Shown: positions 55,258 through 62,763 of the stretch, piece by piece
Layout: each line of letters begins with the position of its first letter
Position numbering within the stretch: position 1 is the first letter of the stretch
From: Microthyrium microscopicum
Lineage: Eukaryota
Direction of reading: 5' to 3'
NCBI GenBank assembly: GCA_010405405.1
Contig: MU004230.1
Coordinates: forward strand, 4,482,282-4,545,044
DNA: 62,763 nt
Notes under the pieces: generated by a model
Told to the model about the DNA's origin: nothing
Seen by the model: only the letters and a program-made list of their open reading frames with translations
The model's database searches: none
Translations under genes and position numbers: made by a program

Positions 55258-57997
55258 TCACTCAACGTCGTCGTCGCTGTCGGAATCACGATTACGATGA
55301 CCGCTGGCACGTCGGCTACCACGACTGCCGCGACTGCCTCGACCGGCACGACTGCCACGACTGCCCCGACCACGAGGCCCTCGGCTACCACGACCGCCGC
55401 GAGTCTTGTTGCGGCTACCCTTTGGTCGACCGCGACCTCGCTTGACGGGTGGTGCCGGAGCGTCATTGTCAGCATCACTGTCTTCACTATCCGCAGCACT
55501 ACCCTCAGCACCCTCCTCTGCACCATCGTCTGCGCCATCATCTGCGCCATCCTCTGGAACATCTTCCCAGCCATCGTCGGGTACGGTTGCAGGACCAACG
55601 GATAAAGTTGCAGGGCCAGCCGGGACGGCCACGCGCTGGCCAAAGACCTGGTGCGGTGGCAGAATGGGTCCAGTCTCCGGAGCAAGCGCAACTTCCGGGA
55701 CTGGTTCAGCCCGAGTAGCTATGCGTGGAGCGGTAAGCGCATTCAGGCCAGCGGGGTCAGCGAGAGCCCGACTGAAGCTTAGCAAGGCACCCAGCGCCGG
55801 TCCCCGGCTCTGCTTCATGAGCTCGAAGGCCTCTCTATGCCGCTTCTTTTCATTTGCAGTCAGAAGCTCAATCTCTTGCTCCTCGATAGCGTGCTTTTGT
55901 TCCGCAAGAGCAGCTGCAAGCGCCTGCTTTTTGTTTTCCATCCATTGTTTGTCCGCACGCTGGTTGTCTTGGAATATACGGCTATGCAAGACATTCCAGC
56001 GCCAGACCCTGAGCCAATCTTCGTCATCAGGCATTGGCTTTGGCATTGGGACAGAGCGCCCTGCAGCCATACCGTTCAGGCCTACCTGGAATTTGTTAGT
56101 ATCAGAGGTCAACACGCCAGAGTATATCAGTTATCGTATTCCATGGGAGATATGCTTTTTCGGTTTCCCTGGGAGGTGCCGAGTGATGTGAGTAGAGGGA
56201 TGGAATCTTACCCCACTGAATTCAGAATACGAAGAACTCAGGCGCGATGGACCTATTTCGCTGACTGGAGCGAGTCTCTCGGCAAATATGAAGCTCAGGA
56301 TCACGAACATGGTGCTGTATGGAGAACGCTGGTTTCGCAAGATCCCGTGTCGAGCGGCCATGACGTTGATAGTCGCGTCCAGGAGGTTCATCAACTTATT
56401 TGATGTGGCTCGATGATCGCGGTGATGTATGTAACGCTTCGAGGGCTCGTGACTATATCCGACATCTCGAAGTGGAAACGGGAAAGGCTTGGCTCGCTCG
56501 GAACTCTGTAAAGGATTAATACAAGCAGAATACAAGGTTTTTCAGTGTGTTTGTCCCTAAAGCGGGTCGTCAAGTCAGATGAGTGCCCCGTCTGCCAGCA
56601 GTCGGGCAGCGTAGAGACTGAAGGAAGCGCGCCAAGTCGGCTTGTGATCACCTCACTCCATAAAGTACAGTGTTTTGGGAGACACAGCGGGCACATCGTA
56701 GAATTTTCAACGTGGAAAAACATACCGGAATGGAACACAGCAGCTTGCGAAGATTGCCTAGAAACAGCCGGTACCCAACTACACGACTTTCCTTGAAGAT
56801 CTCTCCCCCTCCTTCAGGTTTCTGGAACATCAAGTATCGCCGGTAAAATCGATCGCGATTGGCATGCGGACCTTTATTTGTTAAAAGTGAGCAGGATATG
56901 GAGGATGGGGATCGTACCATGCTTGTACGTATCTATTTCTTCGAAGATTTCATACCAACGATCGTCCTGATCATCAGTGCGCTCGAGATAATGGAGCAAC
57001 ACATCATGAACGATCATGAGTAGATTTGTTGACGGACTCAGACCGCATTCATCAGCAAGAGCAATGTAGTAGATCGCGGCGACTTGTTTTGGCGCTTGAT
57101 CGCGCATCGTTTTGGCACGTTTGTTGATCTCCTCATTGTGTATGACCTGGAGTTTGTTAGCATAGTCGTAAATGAGTGCCAAAGGAGGCATGTTTTGACA
57201 CCGCGGACTCTCACCTGATAAGAAAGGTCGCCTCGAATCAAGGCTTGTAGTGTGGGGCGATGAATGGCCGTCAAGCAGCCCAAAAGCAGTGACTGAGTTG
57301 TCTTTTCGATTTCCTTCGATCCTTTCCAATATTTCACGGCCGTCTCGTCAACAATGATTTGATCTGCAACAGCCTTCAACCCCATCTCGTCAAGAAGCTT
57401 CTCGTATGCATGTCCTGGAAGTGCGGGTGCCTTATCGGCAGACAAAAGATCGTGGTTGCAACTCGTGCGGAAAACGTATTCAGGAATGTGGTTTGGCTCT
57501 TGGTCGTTGGATGCCGCGCCATCTACAAATGACTCGGCTACACTGGAAGCTCGAGAGGAAGCTTCATCTTCCTGAGCTCCAATCAGTGTCATCATTCAAT
57601 GAGTCACAAATTTACTTACCCTGTCTTCATCCGCCACGAATGAGGAGTTTGGTGTAGGAGTACCGCCCAAGATACCATGGCGTGCCAAAGCGGCACGGTG
57701 CGAGAGAGTGTCAAAGTCGTCTGGTGCGATCGGGAGATTGAGACCAGTGAATCTTCTCGGCATGGCAGGTTGCCCGTCTGAAGACGAAGGATACTGCTGA
57801 TTTTGGGAGTCTTGATCTTCAAAGTCTGGGATAGTGGACTCTGTGATATGAGACTCTTGGCTGGGCAACGACGGTGGCATATTTGCGGCTCCAGGGACGG
57901 GAGGTTCGGGAGAATCATCAGTCATTATATCGTCTTCTGGCTCCGAGGCAGAATCTGGTATAACGCGAGAGTCGCGCGGGAAGGAATCGGACGACAT
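55258..57997 (-). CDS. Putative divergent GIY-YIG-like nuclease with coiled coil, acidic tract, AT-hook and RG-rich tail, ~743 aa, 6 exons
   Basis: Exons 57997-57620, 57571-57215, 57146-56918, 56871-56726, 56505-56212 and 56085-55258 splice in frame. Motifs AAIYYI...RDVGYS..PSKRYIHH...SEI...GVGLN, then KRGRGRPKGS and (GRGSR)n. The gene model is well supported and the nuclease call is inference. Confidence 0.6.
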
Positions 57998-58756
57998 TGC
58001 GAAGACACTGGATTTTCAATCTGTGTGTTTTCTGAGAATGAGAGAGAAAAGAATCAGATGCGGTGTTTTGGTGGTAAAGAAGAAATTTAATGGGCTTGGA
58101 ATCGGATTTATGGTGAAGGGTGTGGTCGTAAAACTGGAAGATACTGGTTGCTATAAACAGTTTGCTGCACCTTCCCGTTCCTACCCTTCAAGCCCATGCC
58201 TGCCTATGGACTCTGGACTGGACTGGAGGTTCTATCTACTTCACCTCTTTGAAAGCATCAAATTTCAAAAGCTAAACTACCTACCACTGCGATAGGATCA
58301 TCAGCCACCTTACTTGCTGGCCGTCTCGAGCCTATGTGGAAACAAGATTGAGGACATAAAGTTGATTAGTCGGGTGTCTACAGAAAGTGCAAACACGACA
58401 ACCCAAATGTGGAAAAGCGCGCCTCAAGAAGCAACCTGAAAGTCACAATTCAGATACCTCACCCAGAAAGAAAACCGCAAGAGAGACAAGGCTCAGGAAA
58501 ACACCACAATCACACTTGACACCACAGTCATCACAACAACACGACACACCGCCACGCCAACCTCCGTACGCACCACCGTCATCTTGGACATTACTCCTCA
58601 CCCTCCCTCTGCTTTTCTGCGTCGCATATCACCTGGCAGTATTGGCCACCACTCTCTTCATATTCCTCGTTGATACAAAAGCCCTGGTCGCTGCTCTCCG
58701 AGTTGCAACGTCTCTTTCCTCTCATATTACTCTTCCACTTCGTCTGCCAACTCATC

Positions 58757-59888
58757 ATGGCCAACCGAGGACCTGGACAAGCCCATGAAACCGCCTACAC
58801 TGGTGCCGTTGGCCAGAATCAAGTGGTTATCAATTGGTGCGGAGCTTACTCCGAAGAGGTAGCGGAACGCGAAAAGGATCTGGTCGACCTTCAACTCGCC
58901 ATTGAACAGAGCCAGGCCGTTCAGCGGGCTAGAGGTACCGGCTTGGCTGCTCATGAAGCCTACGCTCGGCTTTTAGCCAGTGAAACCAACTTTGCGAAAT
59001 ACAAAGAACATTTCTTGATCGAAGGTAAGAATGTCCTTCTACAGCAACCGTGCCATGACATCTGTGCGATGTTCCGTAGGAAGGTTTACTAACAAATCAT
59101 AGTTGAGGCCTATGCAAAAGCGTACAAAGACATCTACGAAACCATCCCTGCATATGACCAGTATCTCCAGTCCGTACTGACCAAAATGCTTCCCTTCGAA
59201 CTCTTCCTTGTCGCAGACGTGAAAGGTAATCGACCCATCATGTACTCCATCCTCACTTCTGACATTCATAAGCATCGCAGGACGAAATCCGGGAGCTTCG
59301 CGCCAGAGTCATAGATCAAGACGCCAAACTCGAGAAACTCCCAGAACAAATGCCTACCTTCCTCGAAAACAACGTCCTGCGCAACGAGAACAATACACAA
59401 CAGGAAAAGATCAAGGAATTGCAGAAGGAGATTGAGACTTTCAAGGCGGCCAAACACACTGCCTCTGGTCCAGCGACCTCTACACAAGACTTACTTTCTG
59501 CCTTGGACCCCCTTGCACAGTCATGGGCCGCAGCAATCGGATTGCTTAACAGTAAGATATCACTCTTTTCCCGTGATCTAGTGCCCATTGGATGCGCTAT
59601 GAATCACATTCAGACGTTATTGTTCATACTGATCAAATTGCAGGTCAAATCACAGCATTGCAGAACAAAGTCAATCGTCAGAAGCAAAAGTTCGCCAACA
59701 TGGAGAATGGATGGAAGGTTGCTTGGCTGAAAGAGCATGACGCCTACGAGGTCTTCCACGCCAAGTTCCAGGAGCTCCGCGCCGCCCAGACAGTTCTCGT
59801 CACAACCATCGGAGACTTGCAAGAAGTTATCATGGTCAAGGATATGCTCATCAGCGAGATGCGGCAACGGCCTCGTCAGTTGGTCTAG
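58757..59888 (+). CDS. Orphan coiled-coil protein ('LPFE' family paralog 2), ~304 aa, 4 exons
   Basis: Exons 58757-59024, 59103-59225, 59273-59551 and 59644-59888 splice in frame and are heptad-rich. Confidence 0.7.
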
Positions 59889-61481
59889 ACAGTGGAAAGT
59901 CAACGAAGCTCGTGGTGCCGAAGCCATACACTATCACTGTTGCTTCTATGCAGCAGCAAGAGTAAGTGCTTATGTTTCTGTAATGATAAGCCTGTTCAAA
60001 TGGATCGGATTAAGTAGAACTCAGAATGCCTATCCAACAAAACTGCCGTCCACTTTATCATCAGTGCTGCTGCGCTGATTGCTTCCACTGCGCGACCACT
60101 GGTTGCCAATTCAAGCGGTGAAACACTTTTCATGATTGCAGGTTCGTCTTGCTGATGATCCATGACATGGCTGTAGCTACCGCCACCGCTAGTCAGTATT
60201 TCATAACCATGAGAATGTCCTTTCTATCCTGCAGCATAACGGAATCCTTACTCTAGTAGTTGCCAAGTAACAAATCGCCTGAAACAATAGATGAGGATTA
60301 TTATGTCTTGTGCAAGGTCCACCTATTACTTTTTGCTCTCCTAGGAATCAAGCCGTCGAAAATCTCAGGATAGATTGGCAAAGTGTACGCGGAAGGCCTG
60401 GCTTTAGCGGTGTTGCTACTGAACGCTTTGTATTCGCTCCGATCCACGACCCATAGTGACGACTACATAGCAGACGGGGAGCCGTTTGAAGATGATTAAA
60501 CTACAGAACATACCGACATTGTTATCTTCGGGCTTCCTTGGTGGTGCAACACAGGTTCTACTTGAACGTTGCTATCCCAATTGAAACGTCAAGCAAATTT
60601 CCAAATGGCATGCTTAATCAAGCTGCCAATAGCTCTGTAACTATGGGGACAGAGCTTTCTCGTCTGTAGAATGCTTAGATGTCCAGCCAAATCAGGGGTT
60701 GTGATAAAAAGTAGTCAACAAATTGATGTTGATATCCTTAAAGTAGGTACTGTACACAGTCAAATGTTAGATCCATCATCAACTGGCCAGTTTTTCGTAC
60801 TCAGTCAGTGAATTCCCTGACGTTCATGGTGTGGATGGATAGACTCGTGCTACTTTGGTGACTCCATATCAAATAGTTACATATGATAGCCCTGACAATT
60901 GTAATACCCTGGCGTCATTTTCGCATGGCTGGTGGAGTTTTATCCACTCGTTGCTTTCCGATGCCCGGCAATTTGGAATGGTTCTCGCCTTTATTTGCGA
61001 CGTGTTGGATAGATCTTCTCTATCTGTCTTCACGTATTCGCTGGACAGCCATCCTCTTTTCGTATTGCAAAGACCGGACTATTAGCTCCAATCCGCAAGC
61101 ACGAATGTCGGATCGTCAAGGATGACGCAGCTAGTCAAGACTGTACTTCTTCCAAGTAAAATGATACAGAATAGGACATGACCAGTCAGCGAATGATACC
61201 CTGCTCCACATCGCAAAGACTATTTGATGTTTACTGGAGAATTCACTGAAAAATTGGCTTCATAATCTCAAGGGACTCTTGGCTGCCACATTCTAGAAAG
61301 CTACTCTCCATTCCAAAACGAACTTTTCCTCACCACACCCGCTTTTTTGCAACATGGAGCTTTACTCCTCAGAGCTTGTCCTCTAGAAATTGGACGCATC
61401 ATCAACATGTCATCACTCAGAACATTACTTGGACTTATTACATTCTTTCGAAAAGCAACTTGACTTCGCAAATCGAATACG

Positions 61482-62078
61482 ATGACTCAAGTCGCCAACG
61501 ACGCAGCGCGAGGAAAGGAGAGTGTGGCGACAAGAGCACGTATGATCGGATATTCCAAACGCCAACTGTGGGACCGCGATTGGGAAAAAGAGCAAAGGAG
61601 GCAACGGAAGCATCACACCAGCACGCCGAAATTCCGACGAGCAGACTTCATTTGTGGCCCAGCGCTTGCCGGAGGGAGAGCGGTCGCATTGTTCGAAATG
61701 CACTACACACGTCCATACCACGCCGTCCATGTGGTCCCCGACCATCCCATCCAGACCGGCCATGCGGTCCCCGTCCACGCGGGCCCCGTTTACAACGTCC
61801 CCGTTCACAACGTCCCCGTCCATGCCGTCCCCTTCCACGCCGTCCCCGTTCACGCCGTCCCCGTCCACGCCGTCCCCGTCCACGCCGTCCCCGTCCACAG
61901 CGTCCCCGTCCACAACGTCCCCGTCCACAACGTCCACGTCCACGCCGTACCGACCACGCCGTCCCGACCACGCCGTACCGACCACGCCGTCCCGACCACG
62001 CCGTACCGACCACGCCGTCCCGACCACGCCGTACCCAGGTACATCGCCCAAGAGGCGCGGCATGTCTGCTCCATCTGA
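61482..62078 (+). CDS. Possible telomere-proximal ORF with HAVPV pentapeptide repeats
   Basis: ATG-initiated ORF. Several unit variants are synonymous in this frame (CAT/CAC, GCG/GCC, GTC/GTT), but all frames are open across the repeat. Confidence 0.3.
   Translation: MTQVANDAARGKESVATRARMIGYSKRQLWDRDWEKEQRRQRKHHTSTPKFRRADFICGPALAGGRAVALFEMHYTRPYHAVHVVPDHPIQTGHAVPVHAGPVYNVPVHNVPVHAVPFHAVPVHAVPVHAVPVHAVPVHSVPVHNVPVHNVHVHAVPTTPSRPRRTDHAVPTTPYRPRRPDHAVPRYIAQEARHVCSI
61761..62036. repeat. Compound GC-rich minisatellite: ~12 x 15-mer (CACGCCGTCCCCGTC) then ~7 x 14-mer (CACGCCGTMCCGAC)
   Basis: Tandem units seen directly. The 14-mers alternate A/C at one position. Confidence 0.9.
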
Positions 62079-62507
62079 CAAGGCAATCGCCGTCAGCCCG
62101 AGGAGAGAGATCCCCGCATCAGATTTCCCAAAATATATGGGCAAACGGCTAGCGGCCAGGCAGGAAAAAGAGCGAGCAGTGTTCAAGGCAGGCCTGCGAG
62201 GCAAAGCAATCACCATAGCAATGGTTCAAAAATCGCAGAGCACAGGTATTTGCGAGGCGGATATCAATGTCACCGAAGGCAGTCGAGAAAACCACGCCCA
62301 TTCAGGGTGATAAAAGTTTCATGCCTGCGCACCGTGAGGCGAACAAGAGAGGTGTCCGGCGAGAAGGATGGGGAATCGCAAATCGGACCACAATGGACGT
62401 GTACGAAAGGACCGTCAGCACGGGCACAGATGTTGAGCGAAAGCATTAAAGGCGTAGAAAGGGAGAGAGTGCGCGGTTGGCAGAAAAGTAGCGAGTATGT
62501 AGCAAGC

Positions 62508-62621
62508 AGCAGTTGAGATGCGCGGAGCGCGAGTTGAAAGCAGATTGGTAATAGCGAGAAATGCGTGGAGCGCGGGCGGGAAGCAGTTGAGATGCGCGGA
62601 GCGCGAGTTGAAAGCAGATTG
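62508..62621. repeat. 40-bp perfect direct repeat in telomere-adjacent sequence
   Basis: AGCAGTTGAGATGCGCGGAGCGCGAGTTGAAAGCAGATTG at 62508-62547 and 62582-62621. Confidence 0.9.
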
Positions 62622-62673
62622 AATTATTGTTTTATTGGAGAAGGGGGCAGGAGGTGGATTGAGCATTATTGCA

Positions 62674-62763
62674 GGTTAGGGTTAGGGTTAGGGTTAGGGT
62701 TAGGGTTAGGGTTAGGGTTAGGGTTAGGGTTAGGGTTAGGGTTAGGGTTAGGGTTAGGGTTAG
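62674..62763 (+). repeat. Telomeric repeat (TTAGGG)n, chromosome end
   Basis: About 14.7 perfect TTAGGG units running to the window end, with the G-rich strand 5'->3' toward the terminus. Confidence 0.98.

Overview
Eukaryotic window from a filamentous ascomycete (short GT-AG introns with CTRAY branch points, fungal gene set), ending in a (TTAGGG)n telomere. Bases 1-34.5 kb are conserved core genes: a Jsn1/Puf RNA-binding protein, a GPI-type cell-wall protein, coronin, the PKA catalytic subunit, a DUF3445 protein, ferrochelatase, Ku70, an MFS transporter, Osm1-type fumarate reductase and Raptor/Kog1. This part also has a pristine 233-bp hAT-type MITE and one assembly gap. Bases 34.5-62.76 kb are a lineage-specific subtelomere. 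It holds a pair of small secreted Cys-rich paralogs (one pseudogenised), an almost indel-free 8-unit 166-167-bp tandem array, a decayed ~88-bp repeat, and a second MITE-like family (two copies plus dispersed motif relics). It also holds two paralogous 'LPFE' coiled-coil genes, each head-to-head with an orphan gene. One of those orphans looks like a divergent GIY-YIG nuclease with an AT-hook/RG tail. Gene models were spliced by eye, and no database searches were run.
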